Part shown: one piece after another, positions 40,521-55,618 of the stretch
How the letters are laid out: every line of letters starts with the position of its first letter
How positions within the stretch are numbered: the first letter of the stretch is position 1
DNA from: the human T2T-CHM13v2.0 reference genome, Homo sapiens
DNA length: 64,000 bases
Strand: one strand, 5' to 3'
Assembly (NCBI RefSeq): GCF_009914755.1
Contig: NC_060935.1
Translations under genes and position numbers: made by a program
Notes under the pieces: model-generated
Databases searched by the model: none
Told to the model about the DNA's origin: nothing
The model's input: only the letters and a program-made list of their open reading frames with translations

Positions 40521-42664
40521 ATCTGAGCTATAATCTAAATCGATTCAGTCTCTTACCAGAACTGAAAGAAAAAAGTTAGAAATAGTGTTTTTGGTTCATA
40601 TGATTATTTAAAAATTAAAGTATAAATCTTCAATATGTCTGGTTTAATTTTTGGTCTGTTGGTAATTATTTTCACATTTAAATTATTTAGATCTAGGGAC
40701 AGCCATGTATGTATAAGCTCTCAATACAGATAAATTTTGAGTTTATATAATTGGCAAAATATGGACTACATTTAGGAGAATATAATCTAACACTTTTAAG
40801 CTCAAAGAGTTCCTGAAGCACCCCATGTTGGGGTGTGGCACTTATTATCAAGATGGAAAGTGTGGTCTGGTTCTGTTAGGTGATTTATTCCCAATTCTGA
40901 AGCTTGTGATTGTGAAGTTAGGGTATCCCAAGGCATGGTCTAGAAAGGAGTAAACCAGCACATTAGAGAGATAGGAGGAATGTTCATCATGTGTAATGCA
41001 CAAGTCCTGGAATACATGGGGAAATCATCATCACTACTGGTAAGTGATCTAAAAATGAAGTCTGTAGAAAAATCTGGTCTCCAAATTTTTTTTTTTTTTT
41101 TTTTTGAGATGGAGTCTGTGTCGCCCAGGCTGGAGTCCAGTGGCACAATATCAGCTCACTGCAACCTCTGCCTTCTGGGTACAAGTGATTCTCCTGCCTC
41201 AGTCTCCTGAGTAGCTGAGATTACAGGTGCCTGCCACCACGCCCAGCTAATTTTTTGTATTTTTATTAGAGACAGGGTTTCACCGTGTTAGCCAGGATGG
41301 TCTCTATCTCCTGACCTTGTGATCTGCCCACCTCAGCCTCCCAAAGGGCTGGGATTACAGCTGAGCCACCACGCCCAGCCTCCAAATTTCTAATTTTGAG
41401 AAAAAGAAATCTCAGTAAGATTCCAATTTAAACCAGTCCATAGTTCATTATTAGTTAATGCCCTTACTGGGCCCCATTTTGTTTTTTGTAGGGAGGGGAA
41501 GATAGAGCTGTTTTTATTAATACAAAATGAGTGAGAATATTTTGGAAAATAACTAGAATGTAAATTTTACCACTTTAAGTATATTAGGTCTTGATGTGCA
41601 TTTTAATGAGTATACAAACACAGATACTGATGAAAATAGCATCTAAGTGCTGAGTGCAAGGGTAGAGATTCAATTCTATGTGGTTAGGAGTTTTTAGGAA
41701 ATACATTTTGGTAGTGATTTTGTAGGAGTAAAGATAAGGTGAAGGCACTCAGTTTTTTTGAGGGGTGAGAATAGGTTTGTTAATTTTAGGACATGATACA
41801 GTTCCAGAAATTTTTCAGGAGATAAATTATCCTGTTGCTAGTAGAATTTAAATCCAGGCCAGGCCTTCAAAAAGGAGATTTGAGGCAAGGAAAAAAAAAC
41901 AAAAATCCAGACCAGGCTTAAGAAAATTATATTTGCTTTTAGGCTAGGCCCAGTGGCTCACGCCTGTAATCCCAACACGTTGGGAGGCCGAGGCGGGCAG
42001 ATCACTTGAGGTCAGGAGTTTAAGACCAGCCTGGCCAACATGATGAGACCCAGTCTCTACTGAAAATGCAAAATTTAGCTGGGTGTGGTGGCAGTCGCCT
42101 GTAATCCCAGCTACTGGGGAGGCTGAGGCAGGAGAATCACTTGAACCTCGGGATGGGGCAGGGGTAGGGGGCAGAGGTTGCAGTGAGCCAAGATCGCGCC
42201 ACTGCACTCCAGCCTGGGTGACCGAGCGAGACTCTGTCAAAAAAAAAAAAATTATATTTGCTTTTAAATGTCATGTATCAGTTATTTCTGTTATACAACA
42301 TTAGTTTCTATAGTTAAAAAGTTTTAAAAGTAGTAAGAACTTTGGCCTGCATGTTGAACTAGAAACTTTATTACAAGGATAATTAAAGGAAACTTGTATC
42401 TAGAAAAGATAATTAAGGGATGTTTAAAGTCTGCATATAGCTTACTTGATGTATAAATTGGATAGTTGGTACCTTTGTATTTCAGAGCTTAGAAGAGATG
42501 AATGTACATCACTTTTGTACTTCTGATCATTTCTTTAGGGGAAAAGCACTTGTCCCAATGTCAACTACTTTTTTTGTTCAAATATGAGATATATTTTTGC
42601 AGGCCGGGCGTGGTGGCTTACGTCTGTAATGTCAGCACTTTGGGAGGCCAAGGCAGGCGGATCA

Positions 42665-43337
<673 letters not shown>

Positions 43338-43720
43338 TTATATTTGACCCTGTATTTTTATTGTTGGAGGAGACTCACTGATATGGCCCATCCTGATAAT
43401 AAAAAACTTCTTGCACAGTCTGGAATTTCTTCCTGATAGAAAAATTTACTAGAGACTTTTTCAAGCAGTAAACCAAGAGTTCTCACTTGTTACTTGGAAA
43501 CAATTAGAATTTTCCCAAATTATAAGTTACTTAAGATATTTTTAAAACAAGTGTGTCATAGCAATAGTTTTTAATTCTGGTTGATGTTTATTTGAGAAGA
43601 AGTGAGTTAAAAAATATAAGACATGGCCAGGCATGGTGTCTCATGCCTGTAATCCCAGCACTTTGGGAGGCCGAGGCAGGTGGATCACCTGAGGTCAGGA
43701 GTCCAAGACCAGCCTAGTCA

Positions 43721-43991
<271 letters not shown>

Positions 43992-44122
43992 TCAGTCAAA
44001 ATGAACTTAGAAAATAATGGAATTGGTGTTTAAGATAAACTACTACCTCTTTAGCCAAAATGAAGGTCCTTTAATTCACATGACTTTAGCACTGAAAACC
44101 CAAAACATATGATGCTCTTCTT

Positions 44123-44257
44123 TCACACCAAAGGCATTGTGATGATTAGCGTGGATTTTTCTTTGATAAATTTTGCTGTGGTCATTTCAGTATCAATAAG
44201 TTTTGGAAGATTCAGATGTAATCTGTACTTCTCAGATACTTCAATCAATAAATCATC
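44123..44257 (-). CDS. PIH1D2: PIH1D2 last coding exon (315-aa isoform, end of CS domain)
   Basis: tag|DDLLIEVSEKYRLHLNLPKLIDTEMTTAKFIKEKSTLIITMPLV*. Confidence 0.93.
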   Translation of the reverse strand, partial: DDLLIEVSEKYRLHLNLPKLIDTEMTTAKFIKEKSTLIITMPLV

Positions 44258-44816
44258 CTAAGAATAATAAACCAAGAGATTTATTTCCTGCTTAAAATTT
44301 GGGATACTAACTTATTGTTCCCAGTTATTCACTCCTTTGCCATAAAAAGATCCCATTTGTTGCCATGTGACTTGGAATGAGCAAAAAATTACTGTTGTAA
44401 ATCCCTTAGATTTTAAGGTGGTTACTGCTGCTCACTACATCACACGTTAACTGATACAGTACCACAGTAGAGTGTTGCCATCCTAAATTATGTGGCTGAC
44501 CAGCAAACAGCAAGGAAACTTATTGGAGCCTGGAAAGGTAGTGATCCATGTTTCATAATGATGAAGCCTTTAGTGAAACTATCACAGTAATTTGGATGAT
44601 AAATACTCTGTGCCTAGTTGATTTGTGGCTTTAGGTGAAGAAGTGGGAAAATAGATGGTAATGTGTTGGTTCTGTTCACTACATTTAACAGGATATTACA
44701 AGAAAGATGAGCTTAGAATGGACCATTTTGCAAGTCAAATTAAAAGGGAATTGGCTGAGTGCGGTGGCTCACACCTGTAATCCCAGCACTTTGGGAGGCT
44801 GAGGGCAGGTGGATCA

Positions 44817-45146
<330 letters not shown>

Positions 45147-45195
45147 TTACTTTTATCAACCAAGCTGATTAAGGCAATATAGAGGCAAAGATTAA

Positions 45196-45433
<238 letters not shown>

Positions 45434-46687
45434 TAGTAGAGATAGGGTTTCACCATGTTGCCCAGGCTGGTCTCGAACCCCTGAGCTCAGGCAATCCACC
45501 CCCCTTCGGCCTCCCAAAATCCTAGGATTACAGGCATGAGTCACCGTACCCAGCCAAAACCTCTGACTGTACTAAGGTGGACTTCAGTAAATCCTTACAT
45601 TTGGCTAAAATGACAGCAATTAAGTCTAAAGAGACAGGTAAGTCTTGAAATATGGGCAATGTCTAAAAAGGAATTATGGGTATCACTGACTGGAATCAAA
45701 ATGCTACCAGCCTGGACTAAAAGAAACTGCCTTCAAAATTTAAAACAATCCTTTGAGCCCCAAGATTCCATGAGCAGGAACCAGGCTGAAGAGGCTACTT
45801 AGCATATAAGAATGGCACATTCTCCGATACTCTTCAGATGTGGCCAAGGTGGATAGTGGGAAAGGGAAAAAAAAAGAAAACATCTTCCTGAAGACTGAAG
45901 CTAAAGGTCGTGGAAAAAAATGGAACTGGGGAGCTAGGTAATTACAGAACTTTCTCAAGGAACCTAAGTAAGAACATCCTCTACCTCCAGAAAAGGAGCC
46001 CTCACAATGTCTGCCTACTAGGATTTCAGAATTGCTGTGCACCAGTAACTGCAGTGTGCCTCTTATTTTTCCCATTTCTGAATTGAGATGGTTAATTACG
46101 GTTATCTTCTCCCCATTCCACATTGCATGACAGATGGGACTGAGGGAGTACATAACTTTTTTTACATGTCTTAGTCCATGGTTCAAGAGGAAGAGAAAGC
46201 AAAATTCTGTCCTTTGGAGTCTGATACTGGGATTGGAGGTGTTTTCCTTCCAGAAAGAAGCAAATATTTGCAACCAAGAGTGTAGACTGGTAGACTGTAG
46301 GACTGACTCTAACTATTTGCTCTTCTGTAAGAGGATAGTACGTTTACCCTGCCATATGACTTCCTGTGACTGTGAGAATACACTTCTCAGTCCTACTGAT
46401 GTAGAACTGGCCTTGTGACTTACTTTGGCCAGTGGAGCGTGAGTAGAAGTGATATCATGAAGTGTCATGTCTGAGTAGAAGTATTACGATCCACTGCATG
46501 GTTTGATCATTCTATTTTCCCTTTGCTGAGATGTGAATGGCACATCTCAGAAGGGAATTGCTCCTTCACCGGGTAACCTGAGCAAATCATTGTAAGCCCC
46601 TGAAATTATGTAGTTTGTTACTGTGGCATAATATATGTTAGTGAATGCTGGCCAATACAAATTTACAGTGTTATCTATTCAACTTAC

Positions 46688-46953
46688 CTCAGAAACACTA
46701 AGGTCACAGAGAGAGACAGAATTAATACCAGGTAATTCAACTTTCAACTCAATTTTCAGAGGTTTCTCACTGTGATCATGCACAATTTTTAGTTCATAGG
46801 CTGGCATCTTCATCTCCACCTGGATTTCAGTACTGGAAATCTCTTCTATCAGACACACTGCTTTGCCTGAAACTTGGTCTTTTGGCAGTAACAGTTGAGG
46901 AAAGTGATCTGGATTGCTCATAGTACTGCTTCGTATCTGTCCAAGAGTTAGTT
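46688..46953 (-). CDS. PIH1D2: PIH1D2 coding exon 4
   Basis: ELTLGQIRSSTMSNPDHFPQ...VELPGINSVSLCDLSVSE|gtaagt; ends in phase 0 at codon 271. Confidence 0.93.
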
Positions 46954-47289
46954 CTTTATGAAAAAAAGGGTGGAGGGGAGATAAAAAATAAATCTACAAC
47001 ATAAAATACTATGAGCTATAATATATGTGGTGTTAGTAGAGATGGTAGATAAAGCTGCAGTTAAATTAGTTTGGGAATCAAGCCAAAAGAATCTTAAACC
47101 AAAGAATTTGATTGAAAATTTTTCAGGATTTAAAAATCAAGGATATGATATTTCTAATATTTAATATTTGCATTTTTCTATCTTAAGTTTTTCACCTTTT
47201 AAAATAGAGATTTCTAGTTTGCAAAATGTATACAGGATCCAAAAACATCTTAAAGCAGTTTAATTTTCCATTTACAATCATCAACTTAC

Positions 47290-47535
47290 CCCTTCTCATT
47301 TTTTCTCTTAAATCTATGGAATCAGTTTGGATTCCCATCAGATTTTGTTTCATTCTTTGAATGCTTCCTTTTATTCTAAATTTGGTAATATGGTAAGAGT
47401 GTGAGAGGGTGAACTGGAATTTCTCCTCAATGCATTTCATGGCCATCTGAATTAACTGATTTTTTTTCACTTGGTCCTTTTCTGCTGCATGAAGAACATC
47501 AGGATTGTAGGCAACATCAATGACTGTGTAAGCAT
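47290..47535 (-). CDS. PIH1D2: PIH1D2 coding exon 3
   Basis: DAYTVIDVAYNPDVLHAAEKDQVKKNQLIQMAMKCIEEKF...REKMRR|gtaagt. Confidence 0.93.
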
Positions 47536-47886
47536 CTGTGTGTGTAATTGAAAGGGTATGAAATGAAGAAAAATTGTTGCACTAATGATACTGTCAGGCA
47601 ATATATTAAACCATATTCCTGATAAAGCTAGAGAATATTCCTGTATTTTTCAGAGGTAATCACAGTAGTGCTACAGCAATTATGACATTTCTTGGCACTT
47701 TTGCATGGATTAAAACAGCTCACCTTATTACAAAAGTTAAACAGTATTAAATTTGCATAAAGATACACTAATTGTAATTATATTATCAACAAATAAAGAG
47801 TTTTACTTGAAATGCTCTCAACCAAGTAAGATCTTGTCCATTCCTAATAAAATTTTTACAATGTGCTTTCTCTCAATTATTTGTAC

Positions 47887-48010
47887 CTGATATCTCAGTT
47901 GTATCTTCTGGTTTGCCAACAGTTAGAGGTACTGGATGAGTGGTTGATTGGGGAGCTGGGATCCTTGTCCACTGACACAGGTTGATAAAAAGTATTTTTT
48001 CTTTTGGTTT
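47887..48010 (-). CDS. PIH1D2: PIH1D2 coding exon 2 (PIH1 domain)
   Basis: tttccag|KPKEKILFINLCQWTRIPAPQSTTHPVPLTVGKPEDTTEIS|gt. Confidence 0.93.
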
Positions 48011-48061
48011 CTGGAAAGCAAATAATTTTGCACATCTCAAAACCTAGTTTAAAACCATTTA

Positions 48062-48368
<307 letters not shown>

Positions 48369-48797
48369 TTAAAAAATAATATCCTAAAAGCCACTCACCA
48401 CAGGAATGAAAGAATTTTAGGCTCCAAGTAAGTCATTTCATGTATTAAAACTGCGTTTGATTATACTGTTGTTATTTGATTTCCCCAAGGCTGCTGGCTT
48501 TTAATTAGGAATCCAGACTGGGGTGGTGGCTCACGTATGTTACCCTAGTACTTTGAGAGGCTGAGGTAGGAGGGTTGCTTGAGGCCTAGGAGTTCGAGAT
48601 TAGCCTGTGAAACATAGGGAGACCCTGTCTCTACAAAAATCATTTAAAAATTAGCCGGGTGTGGTGATGCCCACCTGTGATCCCAGCTACTTGGGAGGCT
48701 GAGGTGGGAGGATCGCTTGGGCTGCAATGAGCTGTGATTGTGAGCTGTGATTGTGCCACTGCACTCCAGCTTGAGCGACAGAGCCAGCAAGACCCTA

Positions 48798-49193
<396 letters not shown>

Positions 49194-49250
49194 TTATTCT
49201 GGGATCATTTCATTCAAGACCTCCCCATCCCTGGCACCAACTCGACATAC

Positions 49251-49427
49251 CAGAATCCTGGTCTGTAGACAAAGCTGTGGTTCTGGGGCAGCACAGAGCT
49301 GTTTCCCTTCTTTCAGCTGCTGCTGAATAAACTTCTCATAGCCCTCAGGGTCACTCTGAGCTAGATCATCTAGGAGGTTCCAAAACTGAGTAACTTGGGT
49401 AAGCAGACCTTTTGAGGATGTCTCCAT
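49251..49427 (-). CDS. PIH1D2: PIH1D2 first coding exon
   Basis: METSSKGLLTQVTQFWNLLDDLAQSDPEGYEKFIQQQLKEGKQLCAAPEPQLCLQTRIL|gt; exon acceptor at 49459-49460. Confidence 0.94.
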
Positions 49428-50146
49428 GACTTATGAGTGGTGAATAATTTTCTTAAGCCTGTGGAAAAACACGACTTCAGGAAGAAAACTGTCTGTGTAA
49501 TTATTGATTCATTTCTGCTTTGGGGAGGTGGAATGGGTCAGGAATTGTTTTGGTGAAGTTAGGACAGCATTTGTGTCTAAAAGGTTGTGGATCAGCACCA
49601 CTTTATGTTTTCCTTATTCTTTAATTATCTAGTACCTCTTCCTAAATTCTCACATTGTCCTCTCAGATAAGGCCTTACTTCTATTTGGACCCTGACAAGT
49701 CAGAGTAATCATTTTAAGTCTGGGTTTCCTGATCTTCTTGTTCCAACACCTGACTGGTGGCTCCCCAGTTCTGAAATTGCCAGAGGTGTGGTGTGGGGTG
49801 AGGGCCACATAAGACTTCCTTAATCCTCAGTATAGTTTAGTATTTCAAAGCATGGACTTGTGAGCCAGAATGCCTAGATTCCGGTCTTAGTTCTATCTCT
49901 CACTAGCTCTGTGACCTTGAGCAATTAATGTTCTGTTCAAAATGAAGACGATAATACCTCTACCATAGGATTATTGCGAGATTAAGTAAGCTAATAGAGA
50001 GGCTGGGACACTTCTCTACGTCTTCAGATAAATCTCCTTAGCCTCTTCTCCCATTGGAGAGGTGTCCCACAGCATCTTTAGAATGAGGAAAAGAGGTTTA
50101 GATTCTTCAATTACTGTGTAAGGGTTATGCTAAACGGGAAACTTAA

Positions 50147-50246
50147 CTAACGGATAATCATTCCATAGGTCTGCAAACCCACCTCTTCTCTCAGTTCTAA
50201 CGGGTAATCATTCTATAGGTTGGCAAACCCACCTCTTCTCTCAGTT
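50147..50246. repeat. 50-bp tandem duplication
   Basis: ctaacggataatcattccataggtctgcaaacccacctcttctctcagtt followed by a copy with 4 mismatches. Confidence 0.93.
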
Positions 50247-50249
50247 CCT

Positions 50250-51170
50250 TGACAAACCGCGACGCCTGTTACCAGGGTAACCAGCCTGGGTACAACATCT
50301 AATTGGGTCCGGGGAACTTCAGGGAGAAAAGTCTCTTCATATCTAGTTCCGGAATGTCCCCCTTCTGGTGCCAGGCTTGCTTTTCAGTTGGGCCTGACCC
50401 ACTTCTCTTCCAGGAAAGCGCCCGCCTTCCTTCTGCACCCGTCAACCTCTGGAGTGTCCTGAAAACCCTCCCTTGTGGGAGTCTCTGGGCTGCCTGTTGG
50501 TGGGACGATTTCTCAGGAGCACGACTTCCGGCCTGAAAAGGAAGTCTCCTCCTTTTTCTCCCAAACCACTTCTTCCCCCCTACCCCCCGCCACGCGAGGC
50601 TGCGGCGCACGGTATGGGTGTGTTTGTGTGTATTTGTGTGGGGAGGGCGTTTGGAGGGAAGGTTACCGGGAGCTCCGAGGCCGCTGGGGAACAGGGATCC
50701 CGGTGACAAAGATGGGGATATTTCCTCTGTCTTCCACTTGGAAACCTCAACCCCCGCTTCAGGCTCCCTAGATACTTTCTGGGGCCCAACCGAAGGCCGT
50801 AGCCATCCAAAGCGTTCCCAGCCTTTCTGGGGAGTGAAACTTACCCCCGGGGTTCGTCCTAGAGGAGCGTGAGCGGGGAATGCCCAGGTCAACCGGGCTG
50901 TCCGAATTCCGCCCCGGCTCAGCCTCCGGCCTCAGTCCGGGAGAGAGATCTGCCTGTCGGTCTGGGCTGGGGGAAACGCGGCAGTGGCCTGGGCCACAGG
51001 TGAGGGCAGAGTAACCAGTGGGAAGGCTGCGTTTTCACGAAGGACTCGGGTGAAGCTGCAGAGCTGCCTTTGAGCCCTGACTCCTTGGCTTCCTGGGTCG
51101 GAGGAGATCTTGTAATGGAGTGGTTCTTCGTCTCACTAGCAAGATGCCTGATTTCCTCAGGATCAAGGGG
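50250..51170. promoter_or_regulatory. Bidirectional CpG promoter and non-coding first exons of PIH1D2 and NKAPD1
   Basis: CpG-rich region between divergent genes; ETS-like ttccggaa at 50347 and cttccgg at ~50525; GC box at ~50909; candidate NKAPD1 donor GGG|GTGAGT after 51169. Confidence 0.78.
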
Positions 51171-51827
51171 TGAGTGAGCGTTGGGGTGGTTGCACAAAGC
51201 TCCTGCTAGCTACACACGAAAATATTCTTGTCATCTAGTTTTTGGAAGCTTCCGTAGCAAGTAGGAAATAAAATGCCCCCAAATGGAGAAATTTAGGACA
51301 TCTTTGCATTTGATGTTTTGAGTAATCAGTTTCTGTTACTGTTGACACCCGTGGTTCCTGACACTCTCAAATCTACGTATTTGCTTCAGTGCAAACTATA
51401 TTGGGATTGGAGGTTTGATTTTTAATTTAGACAGTGACATACATCATTTGCCTGGGACTATGTGGCTTGGGACGTTACAGCTTTAAGGGAACTTCATCTA
51501 CAAAATAGGGATGGAGATACTTGCCTCATATAAAAAGTAGTTATGAGGATTAAATAAAATGGTGCTCATGAAAGCACTTAATTTTATGTAGTCTTGTGCA
51601 TTTTCAAAGAACTTTAATGTACATTATCTCCTTTCATCTCACATTAGTGTGTTTAGGCATTTCCCTCTTTTAATGGTAAAGGGAAAACTATTCTTTAGAA
51701 TCTCTGACTTCTAGTTCAGTGATCTTTCCTGTACCTCATATGCTTCTTTATAAAACTTCAAGAAAAGATAAAGTAATAACAGAAATTATTACTAAACGTT
51801 ATTTGTTGATTCATTTCAGATTGAAGA

Positions 51828-51896
51828 ATGTCCCGGATTCCACTGGGGAAGGTCCTCCTGAGGAATGTCATCCGGCACACAGATGCTCACAATAAG
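51828..51896 (+). CDS. NKAPD1: NKAPD1 (C11orf57) first coding exon
   Basis: Acceptor ttcag| at 51819; MSRIPLGKVLLRNVIRHTDAHNK|gt. Confidence 0.93.
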
Positions 51897-52693
51897 GTGG
51901 GAGGTACAACCTAGTTACTCCTCAACGCTTACTGAAGGCAAGCAGTGTGCCAAGCATTATTTTGGAACAACTGGGAGATACAAAGAATATTCTTGTCATC
52001 TAGTTTTTGGAAGCTTCCGTACACAGTAGGAAATAAAATGATGAATAAAATAGATAATTATAATACAGTTTGATAAGTACTGTATAACAGAGATATTTGC
52101 AAAGTGCTTTGGAGCACTAAGGAGGAAATAATAAAATCTACACTGGGGAATTAGAAAAGATTTTACAGAATTAGTGGTATTTCAGCTGCTGATCTTTGAA
52201 CTGGTTCTTGAATAGGTATACGTTTACCAGGTATGAAATATCATTCTGGATAGACAGCATCATGCATTAATATGGCAACGAGAAAGAGCATTAATCACTT
52301 GGGGCATGGCAAGAAATTTATCCAGAAAGCAGGGAAGGTAGGGGATAGTGGCAGAAGATAAGGCCTCAGTGGTAATTAGAGTTGGATTGTGATGTTTGGA
52401 GCTGAGACTTCTTCCTCTAGGCAATAAAGAAGCCATCAAATGTTTTTAAACAGGGTGTGGCATGATCATAGTTATATTTTAGAAAGATGGTTTGTCAGCT
52501 GGGTAGGGAATGAATCAGATGGGGAGATACAGAAGGGAGAGTAATTAGGAGGCAATTGCAGTATTACAGGTGAGAGATGATGAGGGTTCGCATGAAATTA
52601 GTGACAGCAGGGATGAAGAAGAGGAATTTAGGAGATAGAATCCAAAGAAGTTGGTGGCTAATTAGATTATAATGATAAGAATGGAATCTAATT

Positions 52694-53052
52694 CAGTTGA
52701 CCCTTGAACAATGCAGGGGCTAGGGGCATCAACCCCCTGCATAGTCGAAAATCCATGTATAACTTTTTACTCCCTCAAAATGTAAGTGCCAATAGCCTAC
52801 TACTGACTGAAAGCCATAGCGATACCATAAACAGTGGATTAACACATATTTTTTATGTTACATGTATTATATACTGTATTCTTATAGTAAAGTAGCTAGA
52901 GAAAACAACATTTCATTAAGAAAATCACATTGAGTAGGCTGAGGAGGAAGAAGAGGGACTTGTTTTGCTATCTTACAGGTGGCAGAGGTGGAAGAAAATC
53001 TGAGGATAAGTGGACCTGCACAGTTGAGATTCCTGTTGTTCAAGGTCAACTG
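52694..53052. mobile_element. Tigger2/MER8-type DNA transposon relic
   Basis: TIRs cagttgacccttgaac / gttcaaggtcaactg. Confidence 0.78.
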
Positions 53053-54087
53053 TGTAACCACCTATGTGACTGGGTAGATGATGACGATTCTGTTAATTGA
53101 GATAAAGAACAAAAAATGGGACAATTATGATAGGAAAGGTAATTAGTTTGGTTTTCAACATGTTGATGGTGAGGTGCTTATAGGATGTCCAAGCAGTTGA
53201 AAATTCAGACTTGGAGTAGAGGAGAAAAGTTGGGGCTGGACATAAAGGTTTCGGGATTATTGATGTATAGGTTGATGATAAGAGGTCATGAGAGTAGATG
53301 AGGTCACCTAGGAGAGCACATATAATGAAAAGAGGGCCAAGGCCCCTGGTTTAGTTTTCTTCAGTAAACTGTACTACTTTTGGTTTGATCATATTATTAT
53401 TATCATATCACCTGATTTTTAAAATTATGGGCGAGGGTAAAACTGTTACCCGAGCTGCCTATGCAATTATGTTAACCTGCCCCTAGTTATATAGTAAGCT
53501 TAGATTTAAAATGGTAGCTAGAAAAAGATAAATCTAGCACAGATCTAATGAAATTATGCAGGAAGACTTAGAAATAAAATGTGTTCTTTGGGTAATCACA
53601 TTCTGCTTTTCAAGAAATTCCCTAGCAGCCATACTGATTATTTTATTTTATTTTATTTTTGACAAAAATTATAATATTACCAGAAGAGATTTAGCTTAGG
53701 GAGTTTAAAGACCTGTCCTTACTAGTTTTTTGACTTTGTTAAAATCTCTGAGCTTTTGTTTCTTTACAGTAAAATGTAATAATGGTAGCTGCTATATTTT
53801 CCTCATGAGATTGCTTAAGGTTCAATTGAGATGATATAATTAAAATCATATTGCATTTTGGAAATGTGGCATTATCATTTGCTAATCGCAGCATAATTGC
53901 AAGATTGATAAGGTGATGTTTGTCTGTGCAGCGGTTTAAAAATTCTATTGGGGAAGATTTCCACATATTTGAGATTTACTGGATTGGACTGTTCAGCCAC
54001 TTTCTAGAGAAACCAATTTGTTTTCCAGGTTCCTGATCATAGCCCAGTCTGTAGCCCAATAATTAGTCAGATTGTATTTTCAGTTAG

Positions 54088-54226
<139 letters not shown>

Positions 54227-54467
54227 TAGCTGGGATTACAGGTGCATGCTACCACGCCCGGCTAATTTTTGTATTTTTATTAGAGACGGGGTTTCACCAT
54301 GTTGGTCAGGCTGGTGTCAAACTCTTGACCTCATGATCTGCCTGCTTTGGCCTCCCAAAGTGCTGGGATTACAGGTGTGAGCCACTGTGCCCGGCCAGTT
54401 AGTTACTTTTCTGTAATGTAAAGTTATTTTTAGTAACTTATTTTTATTTCCTTTTTAAAAATTCTAG

Positions 54468-54568
54468 ATTCAGGAGGAATCAGATATGTGGAAAATAAGA
54501 GAACTGGAAAAACAGATGGAAGATGCTTACCGGGGGACCAAAAGGAAAATGCTACCCAGCAGTTCAAG
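54468..54568 (+). CDS. NKAPD1: NKAPD1 coding exon 2
   Basis: IQEESDMWKIRELEKQMEDAYRGTKRKMLPSSS. Confidence 0.92.
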
Positions 54569-55381
54569 GTGAAGTTGCAGCTCTGAGAACTAAAATAATT
54601 CTCATCTTTTTCAGAATCATCAACTTTTGTTTAAAAATACTTTGGTATATTAAGGATAAATTCAGTTCTGTGAGTCCTTAAGCCTTCCTTCTTTCGTAAA
54701 TCTAGACCCAGGCATAAAGATAATGGCTGTGACGCATATGGCCCTGCTCTTTGTACTTATTTACAATGGAGAGTTAAAAAATTCTACCTGAACAATTATG
54801 AATGTGTAGGGTTCTGTGGATTCTAACCTTACCTGATAGCTTTTAACTGAAGATTTTATACTGGAATCTTGTGGTCACTAAGCTGATCAGTCATTCTATT
54901 CTCTATTAATCTTTCATTCTTTCAGGCTTTTCTTTTTGTAGCTGGAACTGCAGGTGCATGCCACTATGCCTAGCTACTTTTTTTTTGTAGAGGTGGTGTC
55001 TTGCTGTGTTCCCCAGGCTGGTATAGAATCCTGGGCTCACGCAGTCCTCCCACCTCAACCTCCCAGTGTTGGGATTATAAGCATGAGCCACTTGCCTGGC
55101 CTCAGACTTTTCTTCACCCTGTCTATTCACCCTCTTCACCAGATCAACAGCCTTTTCACATTACCTTAATAGCTTGAGTGTAAATATGAAGGATTATGCA
55201 GGCTTAGTTATCTTCCTTGTGGAGAGGCCTAGGAATGCTTGAATAATTGGGAAGATCCTTACACGCTTGTAAGTGTAAGAGCTACATATATAAGAAATAC
55301 TTAAACTCTTTAGGAGCAGGGCTTGTGATTTTCTCATTTGCTGCTATATTCCTGCCAGCTAGACCAGTACCTGGTACATAG

Positions 55382-55618
<237 letters not shown>

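Noticed and set aside
45740-46418. 177-aa and 94-aa ORFs in a PIH1D2 intron
   Set aside because: The sequence looks like a MaLR LTR relic; no recognisable protein features or splice support
50299-50892. 197-aa minus-strand ORF
   Set aside because: Lies in a GC-rich bidirectional promoter, does not begin with ATG, and has no recognisable homology
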